64,000 bases of DNA from Nitrosopumilus sp. (GCA_965207075.1 CBDBLO010000002.1:1632001-1696000); one strand, 5' to 3'. Positions 19,410-29,644 are shown, counted from the first letter of the stretch. Notes: generated by a model not told the origin, from the letters alone. Numbers and translations: made by a program.

Positions 19410-20746
19410 TGAAGAGTCGGGGAATCATGTCACCCCGACGCATAAGAGAGCCGACATGGAGGGAGGCGTAATGACACCTCAAACCAAGTATGACGAACAT
19501 GTCCTCATACAGGAACAAAGGGAGGAGACCGAGCGCATACTCAAGACCGCCAGCGAGAAGGGCAGGAAGCCCATACGCAAGCTGGACACGCTTGACGCAA
19601 GGTTCATCGTCCGCGAAAAGAGGAGGGGGACAAGCAACAAGACGATTGCAGGCATCCTGAAGGTCTGCATAAGGCAGGTGCAGCGCATCTGGAGCCGGTT
19701 CAGGCGCCTCGACACGGGGCGGATACTGTACCTTCCAAGGCGCCCCGGCAGGCACCGGAAGGGCGAGCCGGGGCGCAGGGAGCACTCCGCGGTTTTGGCC
19801 GCGTTCGGCCGGGTCGTAAACGGCGCGTCTGCCACATACTGGCACATCAGGAACGCGGGGGACCACGTCCCAAAGGACGCCGTGCACCGGGTGCTGCTTG
19901 AGAACGGGCTGGCGCGCGAGGAGCACGCCAAGAAGAGGCAGCGCAGGTACGTGAGGTACGAGCGGAGGCACAGCAACACGCTCTGGCACACGGACTATAC
20001 GCAGCTGGAGGACGGGAGGTGGCTGATCGTATACGTGGACGACTCGTCCCGGTACATCGTCGGACACGGCGTGTTTGACCGCGCCACGTCCGAGAACGCC
20101 ACCGCGGTCTTCAAGCAGGCCTGCCTGGCGCACGGGACGCCGTACTCGGTCCTGACCGACCACGGATCCCAGTTCTACGCCATGGAGTCCGAGGCAAAGC
20201 GCGAAAGGGGGCGCACGCACTTTGAGGAGCACCTCGGGGACGCCGGCGTAAAGCAGATCCTGGCGCGCGTGGGGCATCCCCAGACCAATGGCAAGGCGGA
20301 GCGCGTGTTCAAGGAGTACAAGTACAAGGTGGGGCACTTTGCCGACGTTGCGGGACCGCCGGGCACGGCGGCCCCGTTTGGCGCCCCCGCCGCAATGGAG
20401 AGCGACCCGACTGCCAGGTTCGTCAGGAACCACAACAACAAGCCGCACGGCAGCCTGTACGGGCAGACGCCCGCGGACGCATACCGCGAGCGGAGGCTCC
20501 CAGAGGGCCGGTCATACAAGGATGACGACGGGTAAGACACCTCAGTCAACCCCGCCGTAGGACCCTCCAGCGTATGCTGCGCACGATCATGTAAAAGCGT
20601 ACCTTTCGCGGCAGTTCGCGCACGTCGGGCACGCTGCCGGCCGCTTGGGCTGGCCCAGCGGAACCGGGAATTCAAAATTCATATGGAGTCCAGGCATGCG
20701 TGGAGCAATGTCACGACACACCGTGACATCATTTTCCGACTCTACA
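19410..20746 (+). mobile_element. IS481-family insertion sequence A (1337 bp)
   Basis: TIRs TGAAGAGTCGGGGAATCATGTCAC / GTGACATCATTTTCCGACTCTACA; flanked by 15-bp DR. Confidence 0.93.
19456..20535 (+). CDS. IS481-family DDE transposase A
   Basis: HTH, RYER.HSN.LWHTD, DDSSR, TDHGSQF, HPQTNGKAER; start may be ATG 19471 after GGAGG. Confidence 0.95.
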   Translation: MEGGVMTPQTKYDEHVLIQEQREETERILKTASEKGRKPIRKLDTLDARFIVREKRRGTSNKTIAGILKVCIRQVQRIWSRFRRLDTGRILYLPRRPGRHRKGEPGRREHSAVLAAFGRVVNGASATYWHIRNAGDHVPKDAVHRVLLENGLAREEHAKKRQRRYVRYERRHSNTLWHTDYTQLEDGRWLIVYVDDSSRYIVGHGVFDRATSENATAVFKQACLAHGTPYSVLTDHGSQFYAMESEAKRERGRTHFEEHLGDAGVKQILARVGHPQTNGKAERVFKEYKYKVGHFADVAGPPGTAAPFGAPAAMESDPTARFVRNHNNKPHGSLYGQTPADAYRERRLPEGRSYKDDDG

Positions 20747-20761
20747 GAGATCTTGACTCGT
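20747..20761 (+). repeat. 15-bp direct repeat, copy 2 (between the two IS elements)
   Basis: GAGATCTTGACTCGT. Confidence 0.95.
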
Positions 20762-21799
20762 TCTATTATACGGAAAGTAGGTCACCGCAGGATCAGGCGG
20801 ACTGTAGCCGATTATTTTAGGCTGTACCGATCACGAAAGCCAGTGTCAAAGGGACTGACAGAAAAGGCCGGGAAGCACCTGGTCAGGAGGCTCGGGAAGG
20901 GGGTGCCGGCTCCCGAAGTGGCAAGGGACCTTGGAATCTCCATCCGGCATGTACGAAGGCTGTGGGCAAGGTTCCAGAAGACCGGGACCATACGCGTGCA
21001 GATGGGCAGGCCGCGCTCCTGCATCACGGGGGCCCAGATACGGCTGATAACCGACGCCCACCAAAGGCGGCCGGTCGGAGTCGTACGCACCGCAAGGGAG
21101 CTGAGAAGGAATCACGATATTAGTTACGCCGCCGTGTACCGCGTGTTGAAGAAGAGCGGCGCCGTGGAGGCCTCGGCGGCAAGATCAAAGAGGCGCAAGT
21201 GGGTGCGGTACGAACGCACGTACTCCAACGCCATGTGGCATACGGACTGGCATGTCATGAAGGATCCCCGCTTTTCAGGCATGAATCTCATCACATATTT
21301 GGACGATGCGTCCCGGTGCGTTACGGGCGCGGCGCTCTTCGAGCACGCCACGTCCGAGAACGCGGTAATGCTCCTCAGGCTCGCAATCAAGAGGTTCGGC
21401 TCCCCCGCGTCCATACTGTCCGACAACGGATCGTGCTTTGTGGGGCAGAACGGCCGCAAGAAGGGAAAGGGGAAGTGGCAGCCCACCGTCTTTGAGGAGG
21501 AGCTGCTTGAGAGGGACATTGCCCTGATAAACGCCCGTCCCTACCACCCCCAGACTAACGGCAAGTTGGAGAGATTCCACCGCAGCCTGGAGGAGGAGAT
21601 ATACCACTATGGCAGCCTCAGGGAGTACGTAGACTATTACAACGAGTCAAGGCTGCACTTCTCGTTGGACATCGACAACTACGAGACGCCGCAGATGGCC
21701 TTCAGGAACAAGAGGGCGACCGAGGCGATCAGGAAGAACGACCCGAAATGGATGGAGAAGGATGCACATGAGTAGCGGACCGACTTTTCATATAATACA
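20762..21799 (+). mobile_element. IS481-family insertion sequence B (1038 bp)
   Basis: TIRs TCTATTATACGGAAAGTAGGTC / GACCGACTTTTCATATAATACA; flanked by the same 15-bp DR. Confidence 0.93.
20843..21775 (+). CDS. IS481-family DDE transposase B
   Basis: WVRYER.YSNAMWHTDW, DDASR, SDNGSCF, HPQTNGKLERFH; start set at GTG inside the element. Confidence 0.95.
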   Translation: MSKGLTEKAGKHLVRRLGKGVPAPEVARDLGISIRHVRRLWARFQKTGTIRVQMGRPRSCITGAQIRLITDAHQRRPVGVVRTARELRRNHDISYAAVYRVLKKSGAVEASAARSKRRKWVRYERTYSNAMWHTDWHVMKDPRFSGMNLITYLDDASRCVTGAALFEHATSENAVMLLRLAIKRFGSPASILSDNGSCFVGQNGRKKGKGKWQPTVFEEELLERDIALINARPYHPQTNGKLERFHRSLEEEIYHYGSLREYVDYYNESRLHFSLDIDNYETPQMAFRNKRATEAIRKNDPKWMEKDAHE

Positions 21800-21814
21800 G
21801 AGATCTTGACTCGT
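21800..21814 (+). repeat. 15-bp direct repeat, copy 3
   Basis: GAGATCTTGACTCGT. Confidence 0.95.
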
Positions 21815-22077
21815 GCGGGTTTGCCTGTCCATAAAAATATCAGAAATTACGCACAAATTTTGACGCCTCGATCAGGTTCAGGCAGGGGTGCCGAATCCAC
21901 ACCGCGATTCTCTGAAAACTGTTTGTAGCCGGCCGCATGCGCGGATTAGTGAAACCCGGTGCGGCCATCGGCAAGAGGCGGCGCAGAGAGGACGGGCGCA
22001 CGGGTCCCGCGGCGAGCGGCATCGGCTCGGAAGGGTGGACGGCGCAGTTTTTTAGCGCCCGTGTCATACGGGGCGCG

Positions 22078-22554
22078 TTGGCGCACAAGGACGGCGGCGG
22101 AGAGAAAGAGAGGGAGCGCGTCAGGCGCGCCGCGGAGATGCTGCTTGCCGGGGCCACCCTGCTGGGGCACCCATGCCCCTACTGCGGGGGCGTCAGGGTG
22201 ATCAAGGATGGCGACGCGCTGTGCGTCAGCTGCGGACAAGAACCGGAGAGACGGGACGTGCCGATAACGGCCCCCCAGGACGGCGGCAGCGACGCAGAAG
22301 ATCATGCGGGCGCAGAGAGGACGGGCGCACGCGCGCAACTGCGGGGGCGGCGGCGGCAGCAGCAGCAACGGCGCAACCTGATCGACGTTCTGGAGAAAAA
22401 GCTCGAGTCGCTTGCCGGCGAGCTTGAGTCGGAGACGGACAGGAAAAGGGAGATTGCCATACTGGATTCAATCGAGGGCGTACTCTCAGCCCTAGAAAAG
22501 GCCAGGGGCGTCACAGACGGCGGCAGTGGCGGCAACGGTGCGGGAACCGCATGA
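22078..22554 (+). CDS. UPF0148 / autoantigen p27-like zinc-ribbon protein
   Basis: AAEMLLAGATLLGHPCPYCGG...CVSCG; start uncertain (TTG after TTTTTTAG). Confidence 0.8.
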   Translation: MAHKDGGGEKERERVRRAAEMLLAGATLLGHPCPYCGGVRVIKDGDALCVSCGQEPERRDVPITAPQDGGSDAEDHAGAERTGARAQLRGRRRQQQQRRNLIDVLEKKLESLAGELESETDRKREIAILDSIEGVLSALEKARGVTDGGSGGNGAGTA

Positions 22555-22863
22555 CGGCCGCATGCTGCGCGCGGCAGCGCGGCCCGAGTCGCGGTCGTCG
22601 CCTTGCGCCGTCGGGCATATCGGCGCAACGTGGATGAGAAAACCCGCAACCGCAGGCCGCAGGACCTCAGCGCGCCGCGTATGCGCCGCCGACACAAAGG
22701 GCCCGGCGCATGCCAGCGGATCGCGCGGCGGCCAGCCAGGGCCGCCCGCGGCAGCACGCAGCAGGTGGAAGCTGGCCAGATTCTGACAGCAACCCGCGGC
22801 AGAACCGCGGCCGTCTAAAAGATGACCCCTGAGTTTAAATCAAGAGTCGTGTCCGCACATACA

Positions 22864-23709
22864 GTGCCACGAACATTTGCCGTGATTGGGGATCCAATCG
22901 ATCACTCGCTCTCGCCGCACATGCACAGCGCCGCGTTCAGGCAACTGGGAATGAGCGACTGCTCGTACATAGCATACCGCATACCAAGGGGCGAGCTTGC
23001 GCACGGAATCGAGTCACTCCTAAAGATAGGGACTGCCGGATTCAACGTCACCATACCCCACAAGGTGGAGATTATGCGCCACCTGTCAAAGACGGACGAG
23101 ACGTGCAGCATGGTGGGCGCCGCAAACACGGTGGAGGTTGCCGGCGACGGGTCGCTCAAGGGGTACAACACAGACGTCGAGGGGTTTGCAGATCCGCTCC
23201 GCAGGAGGTCGATCAGCCTCAGGGGGGCCTCGGTGCTGCTGCTGGGCGCGGGGGGCGCCGCGAGGGCCGTCATCGCGGCCCTGGCAAGACTCGGGGGCGC
23301 ATCGGAGATTACCATTGCAAACCGCACCCCAGAGGCCGCCTCGGAGATGGCCAGACTTGCAGGACTCGCGGGCCTGCCCAACGCCAGGGCCGTCCCGCTG
23401 TCAGAGGCCGACCAGGCCGCGAAGGGGTGCAACGTGATAATCAACACCACCTCGATAGGGCTGCCGGCATCGGCCGAGAAGATCATCCCGGTATCCCCAG
23501 AGTCCATTAATAGGGACGACATCGTATACGACACGGTATACATGCCCATGAAGACCGACCTCATACAGAAGGGCAAGGAGAGGGGCGCCACGTGCATAAT
23601 GGGGTACGAGATGCTGCTGGGGCAGGCCGCCAGGGCCTTTGAGATATGGCACGGGGTCGAGGCCCCCAGGGACGCGATGAAGAGGGCCCTTCTGGGAGTA
23701 GGGGTATGA
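22864..23709 (+). CDS. aroE: shikimate dehydrogenase
   Basis: IGDPIDHSLSP, NVTIPHK, GYNTD, GAGGAA; TTTAAAT box upstream. Confidence 0.96.
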   Translation: MPRTFAVIGDPIDHSLSPHMHSAAFRQLGMSDCSYIAYRIPRGELAHGIESLLKIGTAGFNVTIPHKVEIMRHLSKTDETCSMVGAANTVEVAGDGSLKGYNTDVEGFADPLRRRSISLRGASVLLLGAGGAARAVIAALARLGGASEITIANRTPEAASEMARLAGLAGLPNARAVPLSEADQAAKGCNVIINTTSIGLPASAEKIIPVSPESINRDDIVYDTVYMPMKTDLIQKGKERGATCIMGYEMLLGQAARAFEIWHGVEAPRDAMKRALLGVGV

Positions 23710-24674
23710 CGGCTGGAGGAGGGAGGGGAACGGAGAGAGCAGCAGGGGCGGCGCGGGGGCAGAAGGGCGCAAGCGCCACCGTGCACGGCGCCATATCAAT
23801 AGTAAACGCACTGGCCACCAGAAAGGGGGCCACCCTCGGCGTGGCGCTCAGGGTGGAGGCCGACGTGCTCGCGGTGCCAGGCAGGAGCGGGATCACGGTG
23901 ACAAGAAAGGACGGGCGGAAGGAGGGTGAGAGGCGCCCCGGTGGGGGTAGGCGGCGGCCAAACCACCCGTTCAGCTCGAGGCTGATACAGAAGACCGTGC
24001 AGCGCGTCGTCCCAAAGTCCGAGCTCGAGTCAAACAGGATAGAGATAGCAATATCCTCTGAGATGCCCGCCGGCTTTGGACTGAAGAGCTCGAGCGCCAT
24101 ATCGTCTGCCGTGGCCCTTGCATGCGACAGGGCATTCGGGCTCCGCATGTCGGATCACCAGATACTCCTAGCAGGCGTGGAGGCGTCCATCGCGTCAAAG
24201 GTAAGCATCACGGGTGCATACGACGACGCCTGCTCATGCTACTACGGGGGGTTCAACGTAACCGACAACGCGAGACGGCGCCTCGTGCGGCACCAGCGCG
24301 CGCCCCGCGGCATGTCGGCGGTGATATTCATACCAAAGAGCAGGAGGCGCGGAAACCTCAAGAGGCTCAGGCTGCTCAGGGAGGCCTTTGACGGCGCATG
24401 GGGACTGGCAAAGCGGGCGGAGTACTGGAAGGCCATGACCATAAACGGGCTGGCGACCGCGTCCGTACTCGGCTCCGACCCCGAGCTCGTGGCCAGGCTG
24501 GCCGAGAAGGGGGCCTTGGCCGCGTCCGTATCCGGAAACGGCCCCGCCATTGCCGCCGTCGCCAAGGACGCCGACGTGCAGGGGGTCAGCAAGGTGTTTG
24601 CCGCCTCGATGGAAGGCAGGACTATAGTGTCCGGACTGAGCAACAAGAAGGCAGAGGCCCATGACACACTGTAG
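23706..24674 (+). CDS. aroK: archaeal (GHMP-type) shikimate kinase
   Basis: GAISIVNA, GLKSSSA, TGAYDDA, SGNGP. Confidence 0.95.
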   Translation: MTAGGGRGTERAAGAARGQKGASATVHGAISIVNALATRKGATLGVALRVEADVLAVPGRSGITVTRKDGRKEGERRPGGGRRRPNHPFSSRLIQKTVQRVVPKSELESNRIEIAISSEMPAGFGLKSSSAISSAVALACDRAFGLRMSDHQILLAGVEASIASKVSITGAYDDACSCYYGGFNVTDNARRRLVRHQRAPRGMSAVIFIPKSRRRGNLKRLRLLREAFDGAWGLAKRAEYWKAMTINGLATASVLGSDPELVARLAEKGALAASVSGNGPAIAAVAKDADVQGVSKVFAASMEGRTIVSGLSNKKAEAHDTL

Positions 24675-26055
24675 CGTGTCACAGTCCGCGCTCTCGGGGG
24701 TCGTCAGGTGCCCCCCAAGCAAGAGCTATACGCACAGGGCCATATTCCTGGCCGCCCTAGCCGATTCCGGGGGCGGAAGGGTGTCAAACGTCCTGCGCTC
24801 GGCCGATACGGACGCCACCATCGAGGCGTGCAGGAGGCTGGGCGCGTCAATTACGGTAGAAGCAGGTCACGGCAGCGACACAGAGGCAGGCACCCTTACC
24901 GTCACGGACACCATACAAAAGGCCCGCAGCCCCGGCGGCGCGGCGGGGGCAGACGGCGGCGGGGGTGGCGGCGCAGAGATCACACGGATTGACGCGGCAA
25001 ACTCCGGCACCACGATCAGGGTTGCCGCGGGGGTGGCGGCCCTGCTTGACGGGCGCGTCGAGCTCACGGGGGACTCCAGCCTCAGAACCCGCCCCATGCA
25101 GCCGCTGCTCGACGCGCTATCCGCAATGGGCGCCTCGTGCAGCTCCGCGGACGGCCGCCCCCCGCTGCACATACGCGGGCCCATACGGGGAGGCGCCGTG
25201 GAGATACCTGGAAACGTCTCAAGCCAGTTTGTCACGTCGCTGTTCCTGTGCGCGCCCAAGACGGACTCCGGGATGAGCATCACGATAACGGGGGGCATGG
25301 TCTCAAGGCCCTACCTAGAGTCCACCATCAGCGCGATGCGCGAGTTCGGCGTGTCGGTCCAGACCCAGGTGCCCTACAGGATGTACCGCATAGCGCCGCA
25401 GAGAATCAGCCCGCCTGCAGGCGGGTTTGCCGTGCCGTCTGATGCCTCCAGCCTGGCCTTGCTGCTGGCGGCCTCCGCCCTCAACGGCGGGAACGTCGCA
25501 GTCGAGGCCCAGATGGGGGCGCTCCCGCAGGGGGACGAGGCGTTCATAGACATGCTCGAGTCGATGGGGGCGTCCATAGAGATAACGGATACGGCAGGCG
25601 GCGAGACGGTGCGCGTCGGCATGCCGGACGGCGGCCTGAGGGGAGGCAAGTTTGACCTTGGAAACCACCCGGACCTGCTGCCGCCGCTTGCCATAATGGC
25701 ACTCGGATGCGGAGGCAGCATTGAGATATCCAACGTGGGGCACGCGCGCATAAAGGAGACGGACAGGATATCCATACTGGCAAGGGAGCTCCCAAAGCTC
25801 GGAGTGAACGTAGACGAGCTGGAGGATGGGCTGGTGGCAGGCGCAAGCGCGGCGGCGCCCCGGGACGGCGGCGGCGCCGGCGCCACGCACCTGAATCCGG
25901 AAAACGACCACAGGCTCTTCATGGCGCTCTGCATAGCGGCCATGCGGGCGGGCGGCGAATACGTGATATCGAACCCCGGCTCGGTCTCCGTGTCATATCC
26001 CGGATTCATAAGGGACATGGTGGCGCTGGGCGCCCGCATAACGGACGCCGCGTGA
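24661..26055 (+). CDS. aroA: EPSP synthase
   Basis: PPSKSYTHR, NSGTTIR, SSQF, KETDR, DHR. Confidence 0.96.
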   Translation: MTHCSVSQSALSGVVRCPPSKSYTHRAIFLAALADSGGGRVSNVLRSADTDATIEACRRLGASITVEAGHGSDTEAGTLTVTDTIQKARSPGGAAGADGGGGGGAEITRIDAANSGTTIRVAAGVAALLDGRVELTGDSSLRTRPMQPLLDALSAMGASCSSADGRPPLHIRGPIRGGAVEIPGNVSSQFVTSLFLCAPKTDSGMSITITGGMVSRPYLESTISAMREFGVSVQTQVPYRMYRIAPQRISPPAGGFAVPSDASSLALLLAASALNGGNVAVEAQMGALPQGDEAFIDMLESMGASIEITDTAGGETVRVGMPDGGLRGGKFDLGNHPDLLPPLAIMALGCGGSIEISNVGHARIKETDRISILARELPKLGVNVDELEDGLVAGASAAAPRDGGGAGATHLNPENDHRLFMALCIAAMRAGGEYVISNPGSVSVSYPGFIRDMVALGARITDAA

Positions 26056-26199
26056 GCGCGGCGCCTGCTCCTTAGTATGACGACATATTGCGCAGCAGGT
26101 CCGCGGGGACAGTACGGCGGCGGCAGAGTCAAGAGGTACGGCCCCGACTGTCGCCCCGCAATTATTAGGAATTATAAGCACGTGCACAATACCACATGC

Positions 26200-27345
26200 G
26201 TGTCCCGAAACAGTATGGGCCAGAGACTCGTACTTACAAGCTTCGGCGAGAGCCACGGCCAGCAGATTGGCGCCACGCTTGACGGGTGCCCGGCGGGACT
26301 GGAACTCGCAGAGGACGACATACAGCCCATGCTGGACTGGAGGAGTCCCGGACAGAGCGCCATTACGACGCAGCGCGCGGAGAAGGACAGGGCCGAGATC
26401 ATCTCAGGCACGTACCGCGGGCGCACGACGGGCGCGCCCATTACGATAATCATGAAAAACTCCGACCAGCGCTCAGGGGACTATGAGAGCATGCAGATCA
26501 AGCCGAGGCCGGGACACGCAGACTACACGGCCATGGTAAAGTACGGCCGCTTCAACGACTACAGGGGCGGCGGCAGGTTCTCCGGCAGGCTGACTGCCAC
26601 GCACGTGATGGGGGGCGCGATTGCAAGAAAGCTTCTCAGGGAGTCGCTGGGCGTCGAGACCTGCTCCTACGTGCAGCAGATAGGGAGCGTCACAATGGGC
26701 GGCCAGGCCGGAGGGGCGGCCGCGCGCAGCGGCCCCGAGCGCTGCTACGACCAGTCACAGATATACGGAAGCGAGGCAAGGTGCCCGGACCCGGAGGCGG
26801 CAGAGGCCATGAGTAAGTCCATACTGGACGTGAAGAAGAAGGGCAACTCGCTTGGCGGCGTCATAAGGTCGGTTACAACAGGCATCCCCGTGGGACTCGG
26901 CGAGCCCGTCTTCGGCTCGCTCGAGTCCGACCTCAGCGCGGCCATGTTCTCCATCCCGTCGGTAAAGGGCGTCGAGTTCGGATCCGGGTTTGCCGGCTCC
27001 AACACCTATGGCTCCGAGAACAACGACGCGTACTACGTGACGGAGGGCGGGGACGGGACGAAGAGGGTCGTCACCCACACGAACAACTCAGGCGGCATAC
27101 TGGGCGGCATATCAAACGGCATGCCCATAACGATGCGCGTGGCCTTCAAGCCCACGTCGTCCATACCGCAGAGCCAGCCCACGGTAAACGTCGACACCAT
27201 GAGCAACGACACCCTGCGCGTGGTGGGCAGGCACGACCCGTGCGTGGTGCCCCGGGCGCCGCCCGTGGTCGACGCGCTGGTCTCGCTTGTGGTCGCAGAC
27301 CACGCGCTGGTATCAAGACACATCAAGCCGGTGCTAGAAAAATGA
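26200..27345 (+). CDS. aroC: chorismate synthase
   Basis: FGESHG, PRPGHADY, GGGRFSGR, GRHDPC. Confidence 0.97.
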   Translation: MSRNSMGQRLVLTSFGESHGQQIGATLDGCPAGLELAEDDIQPMLDWRSPGQSAITTQRAEKDRAEIISGTYRGRTTGAPITIIMKNSDQRSGDYESMQIKPRPGHADYTAMVKYGRFNDYRGGGRFSGRLTATHVMGGAIARKLLRESLGVETCSYVQQIGSVTMGGQAGGAAARSGPERCYDQSQIYGSEARCPDPEAAEAMSKSILDVKKKGNSLGGVIRSVTTGIPVGLGEPVFGSLESDLSAAMFSIPSVKGVEFGSGFAGSNTYGSENNDAYYVTEGGDGTKRVVTHTNNSGGILGGISNGMPITMRVAFKPTSSIPQSQPTVNVDTMSNDTLRVVGRHDPCVVPRAPPVVDALVSLVVADHALVSRHIKPVLEK

Positions 27346-28772
27346 CAGAAGACGAGCTGGGCGAGCTGCGCGAGGAGATCGGCCGCGTCACGGTCGAGAT
27401 GGCCAAGCTCTTCGTCAGGAGGGCCCAGATTTCATCTGACATAGGCAGGGCCAAAAAAGGGCTCGGCATGGGGATCACCGACGAGTCCAGGGAAGAGCAG
27501 CTCCGCGGCGCCGTGCTTGACGCGTGCAGGAAAGAGTTCGGGGGCAGCGCGGGGGATCCGGCGCCGCAAGAGGCCGCGGTATCCAGGTTCCTGAACTTTC
27601 TGCTCGACGAGTCCACGACGATACAGTCGCAGCACCGCGGAGACGGGAAGGGCAGGCCCACGCACCTGTCCGTATTCCAGGCCGCAAAGAGGCTGGAGGA
27701 AGAGGAGGGCAAGCAGATAATCCACATGGAGGTGGGCGAGCCGGACTATATGCCGCCAGACTCGGTGGCGACCGCGCTCTCCGAGTCGTACGGCAGGGGG
27801 CACATCAGGTACGAGGGCCCCAGGGGGGTGCCGGCGCTCCTAGACGCCCTTGCCGAGTACGGCTCCAAGAGGTTTGGCGCCAGCATCGGGCCGGGCAACA
27901 TAGCGGTCACCCCGGGAGGCCGCTTTGCGGTGTTCGCCGCCATGTCCGCGCTTTTGGGCCCCGGCGACGAGGTCATAACGGTGGAGCCCGCATGGCCCGC
28001 GTACAGGGACTGCGCCGCGCACGTGGGGGCCAGGGTGCGCGCCGTGCAGGCCTCGCTTGAGGAGGCGTGGATGCCCTCAGTCCAGGACATACAGGATGCA
28101 GTGAGCCCCAGCACCAAGATGGTGATACTGAACTATCCAAACAACCCCACCGGCGCGGTCCTGCGGCCGGACATAATGGACGGCATAATGGAGATTGCGT
28201 CGGACCGCGGCATCTACGTACTAGGGGACGAGATATACTCAGAGTACGTCAGCGGGGCCAAGCCGTGGAGGAGCGTCGCGTCATACGGGTACCAGAACGC
28301 CATCGCGGTCCAGTCCTTTTCAAAGTCGCACGCCATGACGGGGCTCCGCATCGGGTATGCAATGGCAGACGGGCACGTAGTCGACGGGATTGCGTCGCTC
28401 CTGTCGCTGTGCATGACAAGCGTCCCTGCTCCCGTGCAGCGCGCGGCGCTGTCCGCCGTCGGCCAGGACGTGTCAGGCAACGCCCGCACCATATCGGAGA
28501 GGCTCGGCGTCCTTGCGTCCGAGGCCCGCAAGATGGGCATGGAGTACGCGGAGCCGGAGGGCGCCATGTACCTGTTTGCGCGGGTCGGCACGGACGGGGC
28601 GCGCCTTGCAGAACGGCTGCTCTCCGAGCACGGGGTCGCCGTGGCTCCCGGCTCGGGGTTCGGCGAGAACTACCGGGACTACATCAGGATATCGGCCGCA
28701 CGCGAGGACACAAACAGACTAATTGAAGGAATGAATAGATTAAAGAGCATGCTAGACGGAGGTCACACGTAA
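27342..28772 (+). CDS. chorismate mutase fused to a class I/II aminotransferase
   Basis: AroQ-like N-terminus (LGELREEI..R..D..RE) plus NYPNNPTG, DEIY, SFSKSHAMTGLRIG. Confidence 0.9.
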   Translation: MTEDELGELREEIGRVTVEMAKLFVRRAQISSDIGRAKKGLGMGITDESREEQLRGAVLDACRKEFGGSAGDPAPQEAAVSRFLNFLLDESTTIQSQHRGDGKGRPTHLSVFQAAKRLEEEEGKQIIHMEVGEPDYMPPDSVATALSESYGRGHIRYEGPRGVPALLDALAEYGSKRFGASIGPGNIAVTPGGRFAVFAAMSALLGPGDEVITVEPAWPAYRDCAAHVGARVRAVQASLEEAWMPSVQDIQDAVSPSTKMVILNYPNNPTGAVLRPDIMDGIMEIASDRGIYVLGDEIYSEYVSGAKPWRSVASYGYQNAIAVQSFSKSHAMTGLRIGYAMADGHVVDGIASLLSLCMTSVPAPVQRAALSAVGQDVSGNARTISERLGVLASEARKMGMEYAEPEGAMYLFARVGTDGARLAERLLSEHGVAVAPGSGFGENYRDYIRISAAREDTNRLIEGMNRLKSMLDGGHT

Positions 28773-29644
28773 TGGCGGCGGCAAGGAGGAAGAACAGGCG
28801 CCTGACGGTGATAGGGGCCGGGGGCCAGATGGGCAGCTGGTTTGCAAAGTACTTTCTTGACCAGGGCTTTGTCGTGACCGGATACGACTCGGAGAAGGAC
28901 GTCACCGTCAAGGGCATAGAGACGACACAGTCGCTTGTCTCCGGCGTGCTGAGCACGGACTACGTGGTGCTGTGCACCCCTACCAGAAGGACGCCGGAGA
29001 TCATAAGGCTGATTGCAAAGGAGATGCCAAAGGGCACCTACCTGATAGAGATATCCTCTGAAAAGTCAAAGGTGGTCTCATCACTCTCAAAGATGCCAGC
29101 CAAGGTCAACCCCATATGCATACACCCCATGTTCGGGCCCGGGATCCGCACCATAAAGGGGCAGAACATCATATCTGTCCCGATACGGGACGCCAAGAAG
29201 GAGCTTACCGTGATAAAGTCGCTGTTTGCCGGCGCGAACTTTGTCACGATAGACGCCGCAGAGCACGACAAAAAGATAGCCGTCATACTGGGCCTCACGC
29301 ACCTGCTCAACCTGGTCTTTGCAAACATCATATCAAAGGACGAAAAGGTGCTGCTGACAGAAAAGATGTCGGGCACCACGTTCCGGCTGCAAAAGACGCT
29401 TGCCGAGAGCATAATGACGGAGTCCCCGGAGCTCATCGAGACCATCATTGCAAACCCCGAGATCAGGAGGGTGGCCGAAGAGTTCTGGAAGGACATAGGC
29501 AGGCTGCTGACCGCAGTGCAGGAGTCAAAGACCGACGAAGTAATAGGATACATCACCGACTGCCAGGACCGCCTGGCGGAGCACACTGACATCAGGGAGT
29601 CGTACAAGAGAATGACAAAGATGGTAAAGGTAGTTGAAAAGTAG
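28772..29644 (+). CDS. tyrA: prephenate/arogenate dehydrogenase
   Basis: GAGGQMG, IHPMFGP, EHDKKIA..LGLTH. Confidence 0.93.
   Translation: MAAARRKNRRLTVIGAGGQMGSWFAKYFLDQGFVVTGYDSEKDVTVKGIETTQSLVSGVLSTDYVVLCTPTRRTPEIIRLIAKEMPKGTYLIEISSEKSKVVSSLSKMPAKVNPICIHPMFGPGIRTIKGQNIISVPIRDAKKELTVIKSLFAGANFVTIDAAEHDKKIAVILGLTHLLNLVFANIISKDEKVLLTEKMSGTTFRLQKTLAESIMTESPELIETIIANPEIRRVAEEFWKDIGRLLTAVQESKTDEVIGYITDCQDRLAEHTDIRESYKRMTKMVKVVEK

Noticed and set aside
21641-21651. AACGAGTCAAG inside transposase B is complementary to part of the target repeat (possible guide)
   Set aside because: Only 10-11 nt, inside coding sequence, with no equivalent in element A; chance cannot be excluded
19395-21814. CRISPR array or casposon reading of the three 15-bp repeats
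   Set aside because: The spacers are 1.0-1.3 kb IS elements with TIRs, and there is no cas1 or polB in the window
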